Assembly: GCA_030867685.1 (NCBI GenBank)
Contig: JAQOWU010000001.1
Location: forward strand, 1,054,001-1,115,855
Reading direction: 5' to 3'
From: Wickerhamiella versatilis
Taxonomy: Eukaryota
Length of the DNA: 61,855 nucleotides
Positions 33,903 to 44,806 of this stretch are shown one piece after another; position 1 is the first letter of the stretch; the number at the start of each line of letters is the position of its first letter. The notes beneath the pieces were generated by a model. That model worked only from the letters and a program-made list of their open reading frames with translations. It made no database searches and was not told the origin of the DNA. Made by a program: the position numbers and the translations under genes.

Positions 33903-35966
33903 ATGTCTGGTCAGAGTGGATCGGCGATCCTAAGTCTAGCTGAAGGTTATGGTGTCACAGTTGGTCTAGGCGTAGCATTTGCCCTCGTTATTGTGCTGGC
34001 GGTCTATCTGCAGAAAGTGTACTTGAGTGAGGATTCTGAGCACACAGAAATGTTTATGGTCGCCAATCGATCTGTTGGTACAGGACTCACTACCTCAGCT
34101 GTGTTTTCTTCCTGGATGTGGGTTAATGAGACTATATACTGTGCTCTTCAGACTTACAATTACGGGATTGCGCTTCCAATTTGGTGGGGTGGAGGACTCA
34201 GTTTCCAGATAGCGCTAATGGCTGTCTTGGGTGTCTTGGCGAAAATAAGAATCCCACATGCTCATACTTCCCTGGAAATAGTGCGAATAAGATATGGGAG
34301 ATTGGGCCATATTGCGTTCATGATCTTATGTTTAGTCTTGAACATACTTGGTTGTTCGAATTTGCTTTTTACTGGATCATCGGTTCTGAGTGCCATGACG
34401 GGTATGCATTTCGTAGCATCTACTATCTTACTACCAGCGGGTGTGGTGGTTTACACCGTACTCGGTGGTATCAAGGCTACTTTTTTGACAGACTTTCTTC
34501 ATACCACCATTGCCTTGATACTGATAATATATTTCACAATTGGAGTACTTACTAGTGATCATGTTGGTGGGCTTTCTGGGCTTTACGACAAATTGGTAGC
34601 TACAGCACCAAATCAATATATCGATGGAAATTACAAGGGCTCGCTTTTGACGTTCAGGTCACAGCAATCTGCCATTTGGGGATTGATGTTGAAGTTCGGA
34701 AACTTGGCATTGGTTGTCATGGATACCTCATTCTGGCAGAAGTCATTTGCTTCGGAGGCAAGGTCAACTGTACCTGCTTATGACTTAGCTTCTATAGCTA
34801 TATTTGCGATACCGTGGGGGCTTGGAACTGTGATAGGGCTGACCTGCAGGGCCATTGAGCTGACTCCCATATTTCCGACTCATGGCATGAGTGCAAAAGA
34901 TCTAGGTAATGGACTAGTCATGCCATACACAGTTTATGCGGTTCTGGGGAAGGGATCCGCAGGTGGTGTCATAGTTCTGATATTCATGGCAGTTACCAGT
35001 AGTCTTTCCTCCACATTTATTGGTGTTGGCAGCATCTTATCGTTCGACCTCTATCGTACGTATTTCCATCCCGCGGCAAACGACAAGCACACTGTAAGAG
35101 CTTCACATATTTCGGTTGTTATATTTGGGGTATTCCTGACAGGTTTTACGATAATGCTCAAATATGTGGGTGCCGATATCAATTGGGTCAATTATTCTTA
35201 CGCTGTAATTACTGTCCCAGGAATCATACCCATAATACTAACACTCTTCTGGAAGGACCAATCTAAATTCGCATTCATTACTTCCATGTACCTAGGTCTT
35301 GCATCTGGATTAGCCGTGTGGCTTTCATTATCTTGGTATATGTATGGTGCTATCAATCTCCAGACAACCCAGCAGCCGGTTGTGTGTCTTTATGGTGCAA
35401 TAACATGTTTTTTCACTCCAGCAATATATTCACTGGTATTTTCTCTTATGAGACCACAAAATTACAACTGGAAAGAGTTTCTGCACCTTGAAACTCTGGA
35501 TGATGTACCCTCCTCTCGGTCAGACGAGGTAGACTCCACAGAGAATGGAGAAAAGGCATTTGAAACAAGTATTGAAGAGGCGAAGGGTACTTCCCACTTC
35601 GATGAATCTTCTGTTTCCAGTAATAAGTTTTTCAAGTATTTCCAATGGGTTACTGCGCCCCAGGAATCTGATAGTTTGCACCCATTTTCTGCTCAAGAGC
35701 TGAAGGAGCTTCGAGAGTGGCTAGTAGTCTCATCGATTTTCTTTGTCGTCATTGTTCTCCTAACGTTCGTTTTATGGCCCATGCCTTTATACCGTAACTG
35801 GATTTTTAATAAGCCCTTTTTTAAGGGATGGATTGTCGTTGCTATTATTTGGCAGTTTTTTGCGCTAGCGGCGGTTGTGGTATTTCCGGTTTATGATGGG
35901 AGACATGCGCTCTGGAAGGGGCTGGTAGGGCTATTAAAAGAGCTGCATCTTAAGAAAAGGAATTAG
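33903..35966 (+). CDS. DUR3-family sodium:solute-symporter-fold urea/polyamine-type transporter
   Basis: E.FMVANRSVGTGLT.SAVFSSW.W, P.AHTSLE..R.RYG, GGIKATFLTD.LHT, LWPMPLY. Confidence 0.9.
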   Translation: MSGQSGSAILSLAEGYGVTVGLGVAFALVIVLAVYLQKVYLSEDSEHTEMFMVANRSVGTGLTTSAVFSSWMWVNETIYCALQTYNYGIALPIWWGGGLSFQIALMAVLGVLAKIRIPHAHTSLEIVRIRYGRLGHIAFMILCLVLNILGCSNLLFTGSSVLSAMTGMHFVASTILLPAGVVVYTVLGGIKATFLTDFLHTTIALILIIYFTIGVLTSDHVGGLSGLYDKLVATAPNQYIDGNYKGSLLTFRSQQSAIWGLMLKFGNLALVVMDTSFWQKSFASEARSTVPAYDLASIAIFAIPWGLGTVIGLTCRAIELTPIFPTHGMSAKDLGNGLVMPYTVYAVLGKGSAGGVIVLIFMAVTSSLSSTFIGVGSILSFDLYRTYFHPAANDKHTVRASHISVVIFGVFLTGFTIMLKYVGADINWVNYSYAVITVPGIIPIILTLFWKDQSKFAFITSMYLGLASGLAVWLSLSWYMYGAINLQTTQQPVVCLYGAITCFFTPAIYSLVFSLMRPQNYNWKEFLHLETLDDVPSSRSDEVDSTENGEKAFETSIEEAKGTSHFDESSVSSNKFFKYFQWVTAPQESDSLHPFSAQELKELREWLVVSSIFFVVIVLLTFVLWPMPLYRNWIFNKPFFKGWIVVAIIWQFFALAAVVVFPVYDGRHALWKGLVGLLKELHLKKRN

Positions 35967-36393
35967 TATTGGACATATCTAAGTTCTCCTGAGTGGTCCC
36001 AAAGTTCCCATATAGATTTTACACAGTGATAGATTCAATAAGTATAATAATTCCATACACTTCACGATGTTATCTGTAGACTGATTGCAAGATAGCAATG
36101 CAAGATAACCTACTGATGTGGGATCGAAACTTGGCAACCTGGTAGGTATATTTTAGTTGTTTATTTTTTATAGTAGCAGTGTGGCATAAGGGCGGTGGAT
36201 TCGTATAAATACTAATTTTGCCCGCGAATTTAGATAATTATATATGAAAAGCCCTAATTCGTGAATTAATATATAATCGCTAGAAGCACCCCACAGATAG
36301 TACTGTACTCAACATGACTACCTACAAATTTCATTACTAGCAGTACATGAAGTTTCAAAAAAGGGCTGCCTCCGATGGCATTCAGAGCTTCAA

Positions 36394-37346
36394 TCAGTTG
36401 AACCCGTCGTCAATCTCATAGTCACCCGCGCGTTTTTCATACGACGCATTGTCATGGTAGTTCTTCACGCGTTGACGTACATACTCTGTCCCTGTAACGG
36501 GATTATGTTTCTGGTCCAAGCCTAGTCGCTGGAGAAGGGGCGATGGTGCAGTCTCAATTGCTGCCTGGCCGGGCTGCACAAAATAGAAAAGACCGATTCG
36601 AGGTCGATCGGCCTGATCCGGAGGAGGCCTAACCACACGATGTACGGTGCTCTTAAAGTAACCATTTGACCAAAATGACAGCGTGTCTCCAACGTTGCAA
36701 ATTATCCCATCATCAACCGGTGGTATATATTTCCATTCACCAGTCCTAGTTTTCAGTTGGAGCCCCCTAACTACTTGGCTCCAGAGCAAAGTTAGGCTAC
36801 CAAAGTCGGTGTGGGCACGGACCCAAATATTCTCAACCAATTGATCATCCTCCACGGACCGAGAGTGTATTTCATATAGCGTAAGTGATCATCGCTGGGG
36901 TCGTCATATAGATGTCGCTCAACAAAGTAGTTCTCATTCTCCAGCTCAAGAACAATGGCAAACTTTGGAATGTTTATAAACTCTGAGTTCTCTAGGACTG
37001 CTGTTCCGAAAACTGGACGTCGATTTAGACGCTTGTAGCCAAAATAATTACCGTTCGAAAAGTCGCATTCGAGGACAGTTTTTTCCTCCAAGGGTTGATT
37101 AAAAAACGCTTGGGCCAGAGAAAGCTGGATTTGTACTTCCCTTTTGCTGATTCCAGAGCCTACCACGGCCCAAAATCCGTCTTTTTTTAATGCATCCTTG
37201 AGAACTTCAGCTAATTGTTGCTTGCCGCCTGGGTTGTCGAAATTCGACAGATCTATCTTAGTTAACTGAGCCTAGTCAAGCTCATAAGCTGTGTCTGGCG
37301 GACTCTCCCAGTCGGTAATCGTCGAGGTTCCCGTGACAGATGTCAT
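36394..37346 (-). pseudogene. Broken 2OG-Fe(II) oxygenase (DIOX_N / isopenicillin N synthase-like family)
   Basis: ATG at 37346, TAG at codon 25 (37272-37274), IDLS.FD.PGGKQ.LA, a frameshift near 36862, then HTDFGSLTLL and FKSTVHRV..PP.DQ..R. Confidence 0.85.
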
Positions 37347-37607
37347 TTATGGATTTTGAATCAACGAAACTCCGGCCAGGTACATACATACAAGCTGTTC
37401 ACCATATATTGCGTGATGATTGTATAATCCTCCGACTGATGCATATAGTTTCACGAGTGGGGTAAAAAAGCCACGCAATTACAGGAAATTACAAAAAAAA
37501 TAGAGATCAAGCTACTGCATGGTTTAATTTAGATAAGAGTAATATGTGCCATACTGCGTAAGTGAGGAAAGGACTACGGTATCACCTCTGGAGCTATAAA
37601 CCTAATT

Positions 37608-38693
37608 TCAGACACCCCTTTCCTCCAAGACACGGCGGACTCGTGGTATTATCTCCCGCCCGTAGTCGATCGCATCGTTAAGATTGTCATAGCCTCTAAT
37701 AGATATGAGGTCAGCACCAAGATCAACATAGTCAAGTATCGAGTCAGCGATAGTCTTTGGAGAACCAACTAGGGCAGTGGAGGCTCCACGGGCATTAGTT
37801 GCCTGGACAGTGGGGTACCAAAGTGCTCGGTCCTGGATCTCCCCCTTTGCAGCAATCTCGAGAAGGCGCTGCGACCCCACATTCTGCGGGGGAGGCGCAT
37901 TTGCGGGTGTTTTAACCAACTCGCCAGCTGCCCGGTTCTTCTTAAGTATCTCAAGCGTTCTATGAGCCTTTTCCCAGGCCAAGTCATCAGTTTCAGCAGT
38001 AATTGGGCGGAATGTAACCCAGATTCTTGGTTTGTCAGTTCTACCGGCCTTCTCTGCCTCCGCGTAGATACGATCAATTTGCTCCTTGGTCTCTTTGAGT
38101 GGTTCACCCCAAAGACCGAAAATATCTGCTAATGACCCCCCGATCCTGTATGCTTCTGGAGACGAGCCACCTACTGAGATTGGGATCTTGCCATTCACAG
38201 GTAGAACCCGATTGCTGAATTGCTTGAACTGATAGAACTTGCCGTCCCAGTCGAAAGGCTCCGATGACTTCCAAGCCCTCTTAAGGATCTTGATGTATTC
38301 CTCTAGACGAGCATACCGCTCTTCCTTGGTCAAGAAGTCGCCCTCCCTAGCCTGCTCGGCATCATTTCCACCAGCAATGAAATGCACGACTGCCCGGCCT
38401 TTGCTGAGCTGGTCTAGAGTAGCAAGTGCCTTAGCGGCCACTGTTGGATATAGGGTGTTGGGACGGAGTGCGACAATGACCTTTAGCTGTTTTGTCACGG
38501 AGGCGATTGTGGCTGCTGTGGTGAAAGGATCAAATCCACCAGAATCATATGGCTGCAGTGTGTAATTAAATCCGTAGTCATCTAAATTACGAGCGTAGCG
38601 GACCAGATAATCGGGGTCCACACCTGCTTTGGGCTGTGGATTGATCTCAGTAGACGCATTCGGAAACGCCAAGCTGATGAATTCAACCGGCAT
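37608..38693 (-). CDS. Luciferase-like (SsuD-like) FMNH2-dependent alkanesulfonate monooxygenase
   Basis: IVALRP, ATLDQLSKGR, EQAREGD..K.ERYAR..EY, VGGSS.EA, WGEPL, TALVGSP. Likely start MPVEF at 38693 (an upstream in-frame ATG lies at 38759). Confidence 0.92.
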   Translation of the reverse strand: MPVEFISLAFPNASTEINPQPKAGVDPDYLVRYARNLDDYGFNYTLQPYDSGGFDPFTTAATIASVTKQLKVIVALRPNTLYPTVAAKALATLDQLSKGRAVVHFIAGGNDAEQAREGDFLTKEERYARLEEYIKILKRAWKSSEPFDWDGKFYQFKQFSNRVLPVNGKIPISVGGSSPEAYRIGGSLADIFGLWGEPLKETKEQIDRIYAEAEKAGRTDKPRIWVTFRPITAETDDLAWEKAHRTLEILKKNRAAGELVKTPANAPPPQNVGSQRLLEIAAKGEIQDRALWYPTVQATNARGASTALVGSPKTIADSILDYVDLGADLISIRGYDNLNDAIDYGREIIPRVRRVLEERGV

Positions 38694-39389
38694 TGTAACT
38701 TTTCTCGTCTTTGCCCTATCTGTAGAATACTGTTTCTGTATATACTCGACCTTAGGCATTTTTAAATGTATCCCACTTTAGTCACAAAGGGATTGCGACA
38801 AAGGCTCAGTGATCACGCCATATCAGATATGTGATGACTAATACATTAAGCTACTGAAGACAACCAACAAGACAGCAAGCTTTACAATTGACGAGTCTTA
38901 ACTCTCCAGCTTTTGCCCCAGACTTATCTTGAATTTATGTGGTTGCATAGTACGTATATACATATACACTGGTCTATCCGGAATTATCTACACGATACTC
39001 AAACTAAGGTTCACGACTTGTTGCAATCCAAACATTTAAATAAAATACCAGCAAATATTTCGCGAATTAAAATGATTATACAGCTATAAGATGATGTTAA
39101 AGACTATGCTGGAGGCACAGTGCAGGAGATAAGACATATTCTCGCGTAATAGCAAATTCAATAGTTGAGGATAAGGAAATAGGTTGTCTAGAAAATCAGG
39201 TAGTAAAACAATATCAGAAATGAAATAAATTGCCGAAATTGTGTTCGTCTTGTCATTTTACAATTGCTTTCAGATATCTGAGAAAGATTCAACGATCTTA
39301 CTGATAATGAGGTTCGTGATGTCACGTGCCATGGGGCAAGACACAGTATTTAGCGTAGGCTCTGCCGATTTCTAACCTCAACCTCGAGA

Positions 39390-40577
39390 ATGGCACCAAT
39401 TTCCACACAGGCTGAAGCTATCCCAAGCGAAGTTGATGGGTCTAAGGCTTCACATGGTCCTATCACTGGTCTAGATATTCAAAGATTGTATCTGGAGGAT
39501 TCGCAGTCGAATTTACTGGATAATTACGAATTTAAGGATTTACTGCCAACCTTTCCTGATCTCAAATGGGAGCCACTCCCTGTTCATGAATACACGGATA
39601 GAGCGCTTAGTGCTGACCCCACGTTCCCCACACTATTCAAAAGTGTGACTCGGGTGGAGCATCTAACCCCTAAATTTGGTTCAGTTCTCCATGGAGCTGA
39701 TCTCTCGAAGCTTTCTGATTCGCAAAAGGATGAGCTCGCACTATTCACTGCTTACCGAGGGGTCGTGTTTTTTAAAGATCAGAGAAACCTTGATATCAAG
39801 AAGCAGTTAGAGTTGGGCCGATACTGGGGGAGATTGCATCGCCATGCTACAACTGGAATCCCCCGAGAGGCTGAAAATGATCCTAACTTGCTTGACGTCC
39901 ATGTGGTATATGCATCGGAAAAGCGCGCAACTAGCCTGGGAGGAGGGTCACCATGGCATTCGGATGTATCATACGAAAAACAGCCGCCGTCGTATACTAC
40001 GCTCAAACTACTTCATGGTCCACCAACTGGCGGTGATACTGCTTGGGGTAGTGCTTATGGTCTATATGACAGCCTGTCCCCCCGTTTCCAACGCTACCTT
40101 GAGGGTCTCACAGCACTCCATTCGGCTGTTGAACAGGCAGATGGTGCACGCAGACTTGGTAAGACTATACGAAGGGAGCCTGTCATTACTGAGCACCCAA
40201 TTGTTCGAACACATCCTGTGACTGGTTATAAAGGGGTGTATGTTAATCCTGGATTCACTCGTCGTATAGTCGGGGTGCCAGGAGCCGAATCTGACTTTGT
40301 GCTCAAATATCTGTTTAAGCTGATCGAGGAAAATGTGACACATACCGCGCGCTGGCACTGGGACCCGCAGGATGTTGCTCTGTGGGATAATCGGTCAACT
40401 GTGCATGCAGCCTCCTACGGTTTTTACCCACATCGCAGGCATGCAGTAAGGGTAACTACCCATGGCGAAGTTCCATACTTTGATGGAGGTAAGTCAGAAC
40501 AAGAAACGATTGATGCAACTCTCGGGCTTCATAGTTTCGAGAAAGATTGTGCCAAACCTCCTGCATTCGCAGACTAG
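39390..40577 (+). CDS. TauD/TfdA-family 2-oxoglutarate-dependent sulfonate dioxygenase
   Basis: RGVVFF.DQ, WHSD, GGDT, HPIVRTHPVTG, WDNR.T.H, R..VRV. Confidence 0.95.
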   Translation: MAPISTQAEAIPSEVDGSKASHGPITGLDIQRLYLEDSQSNLLDNYEFKDLLPTFPDLKWEPLPVHEYTDRALSADPTFPTLFKSVTRVEHLTPKFGSVLHGADLSKLSDSQKDELALFTAYRGVVFFKDQRNLDIKKQLELGRYWGRLHRHATTGIPREAENDPNLLDVHVVYASEKRATSLGGGSPWHSDVSYEKQPPSYTTLKLLHGPPTGGDTAWGSAYGLYDSLSPRFQRYLEGLTALHSAVEQADGARRLGKTIRREPVITEHPIVRTHPVTGYKGVYVNPGFTRRIVGVPGAESDFVLKYLFKLIEENVTHTARWHWDPQDVALWDNRSTVHAASYGFYPHRRHAVRVTTHGEVPYFDGGKSEQETIDATLGLHSFEKDCAKPPAFAD

Positions 40578-40829
40578 TATCAACTGGTAGAACTTAAAAT
40601 ATATTTATGTCCTCGCACACATTGCTATATAGCTTTTGAAATGCAAGTCATACTGCTGTCCCCTATATATATAGCTTTCTGAAGCCTTCGAGTTTAAGGT
40701 TTATGACATAACATAGCATAGCATCTGGAGACATGGAGCAAAAGTCATGAATCGTTATCGTCATATAACGTGACCACAGGTGATCGCCGCAAAAGGGTTA
40801 TCAGGTAATTTTCAGGGTCATCTGAAACC

Positions 40830-42518
40830 ATGGGATTCAAAGAAATTTTGAAGCGTGGTGAATCCATATTCTCGTCTTCGGACTCTACAGAGAAGAAGGA
40901 GGATGCTAATGTGGAAGTTAGCTCGGATGTGGCTGAGGAGTATGAAGAGAATAACCATCAAACAATAAATGTATTCCAACATCCTGAGACTGCTAAATAC
41001 TATATGAGTCTTTATGAAAATGCCAATTACGAGTGCCGTCATCTCGTGGACCCAGACTTCCGCTGGACAAAAGAGGAGGAGCGGAAGCTGGTGCGAAAAA
41101 CCGACTGGTATGTCACATTCTGGGCATTCATCATGTTCTGTGGTTTGAACCTTGATAGATATAATTTGACTTTTCTTACTGCTACGAATATGCTTGATGA
41201 CATTGGAATCTCCACCAACGATTACAATACAGGTAATGTAGTCAACCTTGTATGTTTCCTTGGGTGCGAGCTTCCTTCGCAGCTGATTTCGAAGTGGCTG
41301 GGGCCCGACCGCTGGATTCCTGCCCAACTCACACTTTGGAGTGTTGTTTCGATCTCACAATGCAAAATGCACTCACGAGGCGCTTTTTTGGCCACCCGTG
41401 CGCTCATAGGTGGACTCGAAGGAGGTTTCATACCAGATGTCAGTCTATGGATGTCATACTTTTACACTAACAAAGAGCTAACGGTACGGTTTGCATGGTT
41501 TTATATCAGTAACCCGTTCACTCAGGCGATAACCGGGCTATTATCGGCAGCAATCTTCCCCATAGAAAACAGACCCGGTGTAAAGCATCTTGGGATGTAT
41601 AACTGGCAATGGACGTTCCTTATTGAAGGACTGATTACTCTTGTAATTGGGCTTTGTTCGTTTTTTAAAATGCCGGCATCCGTTGCGCAAACAAGAAAAT
41701 GGTTCCGCCGTGAGGGCTGGTTCACAGAGAGGGAAGAAAAAATCATGGTAAATCGAGTCATCCGAGATGATCCTTCTAAAGGTACAATGAACAACCGCCA
41801 GGCTATCAGTCCCAAAATGTTATGGCATTCTCTTACTGACTATGACCTGTGGCCATTATATTTCATTCGTGTCTTGATAGACATCATTTCCACTCCCCTA
41901 TCAAAGTATTCTTCCATTATTTTGAAACAGCAGGGATTCTCAGCTGCGATCAATAATCTTCTTCAAGTGCCATGGTCCTGTTTATCCATTATTACGCTGG
42001 TAAGCGCTAGCCATGGAGCGCAATATTTCAAAAAGTTTGGATGGTTTCTTGTCCTTTCACCTCTTTGGCTTATGCCATGTATAGTTGCCATGAGGTGGTG
42101 GCCTGATTACGCCGAGAAAGGCTATACTTGGCAAAGTTACATTATACTTTTCTTCGCGCTGGGCTACCCTCCGTCATGGGCTATTTCAATCTCTTGGACA
42201 TCAGAAAACTCAAATAGTGTCCGTACTCGATCGGTTTCTGCAGCGTTGGTTAACATGTTCTCCCAAGCAGGATCTATCATTGGTTCCGAGCTGTTCCGCA
42301 AAGACGATCAACCGAAATTTCATCGCGGCCTGGAACAAGACTTTGGTATTTCTATTGGGGCTATTGCCGCCGTAATACTAGGAGTTTTCTATTATATCCT
42401 GAAAAACAAATGGCGTGATCGTAAGTGGGCCAGTATGTCAGAAGAGGAACAACTTGATTACACGCTGCATACCAAAGATATTGGTAACAAGAGGTTGGAT
42501 TTTCGCTTTTCTTACTGA
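40830..42518 (+). CDS. SOA1: Allantoate-permease-family MFS transporter, Soa1-like (sulfonate/inorganic sulfur)
   Basis: ELPSQLISK.LGPDRWIP.Q, EGGFIPD, RDDPSKG.MNNRQ, C-terminal RLDFRF. Confidence 0.85.
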   Translation: MGFKEILKRGESIFSSSDSTEKKEDANVEVSSDVAEEYEENNHQTINVFQHPETAKYYMSLYENANYECRHLVDPDFRWTKEEERKLVRKTDWYVTFWAFIMFCGLNLDRYNLTFLTATNMLDDIGISTNDYNTGNVVNLVCFLGCELPSQLISKWLGPDRWIPAQLTLWSVVSISQCKMHSRGAFLATRALIGGLEGGFIPDVSLWMSYFYTNKELTVRFAWFYISNPFTQAITGLLSAAIFPIENRPGVKHLGMYNWQWTFLIEGLITLVIGLCSFFKMPASVAQTRKWFRREGWFTEREEKIMVNRVIRDDPSKGTMNNRQAISPKMLWHSLTDYDLWPLYFIRVLIDIISTPLSKYSSIILKQQGFSAAINNLLQVPWSCLSIITLVSASHGAQYFKKFGWFLVLSPLWLMPCIVAMRWWPDYAEKGYTWQSYIILFFALGYPPSWAISISWTSENSNSVRTRSVSAALVNMFSQAGSIIGSELFRKDDQPKFHRGLEQDFGISIGAIAAVILGVFYYILKNKWRDRKWASMSEEEQLDYTLHTKDIGNKRLDFRFSY

Positions 42519-42829
42519 TATTTCTTGTCTTATCTTCGAATTAATAGCATTTTTACAATTAAGAATCGTGGTTTCGCTTCACACACAAATTATGTAAATT
42601 ATCATCATAGATCAATCCAATGCGGTTTGATGAAAAAGTGATATAGAAAATTTGCGCTTCAATAACTTTGGCTGGCTGTAGAACGCAATATAGGCTAACT
42701 ACATGGCATTTAGCAGCATTCTGCAACAGACATCCAATTCACAATGGTCACGTGAATTGTAGTGATATTCTCATTACTTTGAAAAATTCTTTCGTCTCTG
42801 GTTTCCTTCTTGAGCTCAAAGAGAGGTTG

Positions 42830-44311
42830 ATGGCAATACTCCCACTGAAAAAGTTTGGGATAGAAGACAAAAAATTAAATGATAGGAAGACAGAGTCAAG
42901 CGAGACAGAGTCAAATGAGACAGACAGCCAAACGAAGTGGTATCATTCAACATTTTTTAACGCCACAATTCTAGGACTTTGTGACTTCACAGCTCCTGGT
43001 CTATGGAACGCTATGAGCTCTCTCGGTGCTAGTGGCATGGAAAAGCCCTATCTTGTCAATGCTTCGAGTGCGCTCACTTTTGGACTTATGTTCGTCGTAT
43101 CATTCTTTGGTTCTGCTGTGGTGCAGAGAGTTGGCTTAAGACAAGCTCTTGCGATTGGATGTGTGGGATATGCCCCCTATTCTGCCGCGTTGTACTGTAA
43201 TAATAGATTCGGTACTGAGTGGTATGTGATTTTCGGAGCAGCGTTGTGCGGGTTAAGTGCAGGGATATTCTGGACCGCTGAAGCAGCTATAGCTTTGAGT
43301 TATCCAGAGGTTAATCGTAAGGGTAAAATTTTGGCGTATTGGATGTGTTTCAATGTTGGTGGTGAACTTGTTGGCGGCTCAGTTAATTTGGGTCTTGACG
43401 CCAATAGGAATACCAAGGGCTCTGTATCCTCCAAAGTTTATTTGGTATTCATTGCGTTGCAGTGTCTTGGGCCGTTTATTGCCTTTTTACTCTCCCCGCC
43501 AGAAAAAGTTCAGCGCGTTGATGGCAAAAGGGTGAGACTTTACACTGACAATTCCGTCCTTAAAGAACTGCGAGAAACCGCTAGGTTCTTCATTAGAAAA
43601 GAATTTCTACTAATCTTACCCTTTGTTCTACAGAAAATGTTTCCAGGTCCATTCTTCAGCACTTATGAGACCCAGTTTTTCAGCGTACGGGCACGGGCCT
43701 TGGCATCCTTCCTTGGTTCTGTCGTATCTATGTTCTCCGGTCTACTTCTTGGCTTCTTATTCGACCGTAAATCGGTATCCAACAAGAATAAGGCTCGTAT
43801 TGGGTTTTGTATTATTGAAATATTGCAAGGAGGTATATTCATCTGGTCTACTATTAACACATTCTACTTCGAAAAGGAGGACAGGAACTACAACGTATTT
43901 GACTGGAGCGATCCCGGGTTTGGCAAGGCATTCGGTGTTCTTATGTTTTCTGACATTGCAACACAGCTAACAAGTCTTTATTTATATTACCTCATTGGTA
44001 ATTTGGCTAATAACCCTCAGGAAATCATAAGGCTTTCTGCAATTATGAGAGGATCAGAATCGGCATCTGAAGCAGTGAGCTATGGTCTTAATGCGGTTAA
44101 TGACCTGATAACTATCCCAAATAATGCTATAAACTTTGGTTTATGGGCAATTTCTCTGATAACTCCTGCGATCTTCGCTTGGAGAATTGGTATTCCTGGC
44201 GGTATAGGGGCAATACATGGCACGCTGAAGACTGACGAATCTGATAGTGACAGTGATGAGTTTATAGAAAATAGGGAAAAGGAGCCCACTACCACAGTTC
44301 AGCCGGCATAG
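42830..44311 (+). CDS. UNC-93-like MFS membrane protein
   Basis: PGLWNAMSSLGA.G, GYAPYSAALY, CGLSAGIFW.AEAAI..SYPE, FSVRARAL. ATG at 42830. Confidence 0.85.
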   Translation: MAILPLKKFGIEDKKLNDRKTESSETESNETDSQTKWYHSTFFNATILGLCDFTAPGLWNAMSSLGASGMEKPYLVNASSALTFGLMFVVSFFGSAVVQRVGLRQALAIGCVGYAPYSAALYCNNRFGTEWYVIFGAALCGLSAGIFWTAEAAIALSYPEVNRKGKILAYWMCFNVGGELVGGSVNLGLDANRNTKGSVSSKVYLVFIALQCLGPFIAFLLSPPEKVQRVDGKRVRLYTDNSVLKELRETARFFIRKEFLLILPFVLQKMFPGPFFSTYETQFFSVRARALASFLGSVVSMFSGLLLGFLFDRKSVSNKNKARIGFCIIEILQGGIFIWSTINTFYFEKEDRNYNVFDWSDPGFGKAFGVLMFSDIATQLTSLYLYYLIGNLANNPQEIIRLSAIMRGSESASEAVSYGLNAVNDLITIPNNAINFGLWAISLITPAIFAWRIGIPGGIGAIHGTLKTDESDSDSDEFIENREKEPTTTVQPA

Positions 44312-44806
44312 TATATTGAAGCAACAGCAATTTTAGTTGCAATTAACAATGCCACTCCAAATATTGACTCATGTAGTGTACACTAGCATACCCATTAAGG
44401 TGATGCGTCTGTCAAGATAAGATAAATAAGTAGACGGTTAATAGACCAGAAAAGACGCAGATACTTTCGTATTTGCTGGAAGTTCATATTTATAGTGTAT
44501 CCTAAAGTAATTTATCCACCAAACATAATTCTATGCTTCTATGATCTTGCCATCCTTGTAGTGCATTTACTTCTGTAGATAAGAATCTATGTTGATTATT
44601 AATCGGAGTCCTTGGTTTTCTGTGGGGAAATACGAGGCATCACGCAATAGTGTAGTACAAACCCTTATATCCGTAATTCGAGAACTCTTCATTTCCGGAA
44701 GTAAAGGAAAAACTCTGGAGAGTACTAGATAGAGTTAAGGCTAAAGTTTAGGTCTCGTTCTCAGTGGTGACATATTGGCGAATTGCCTCCAAACAACTCA
44801 ACCGAT

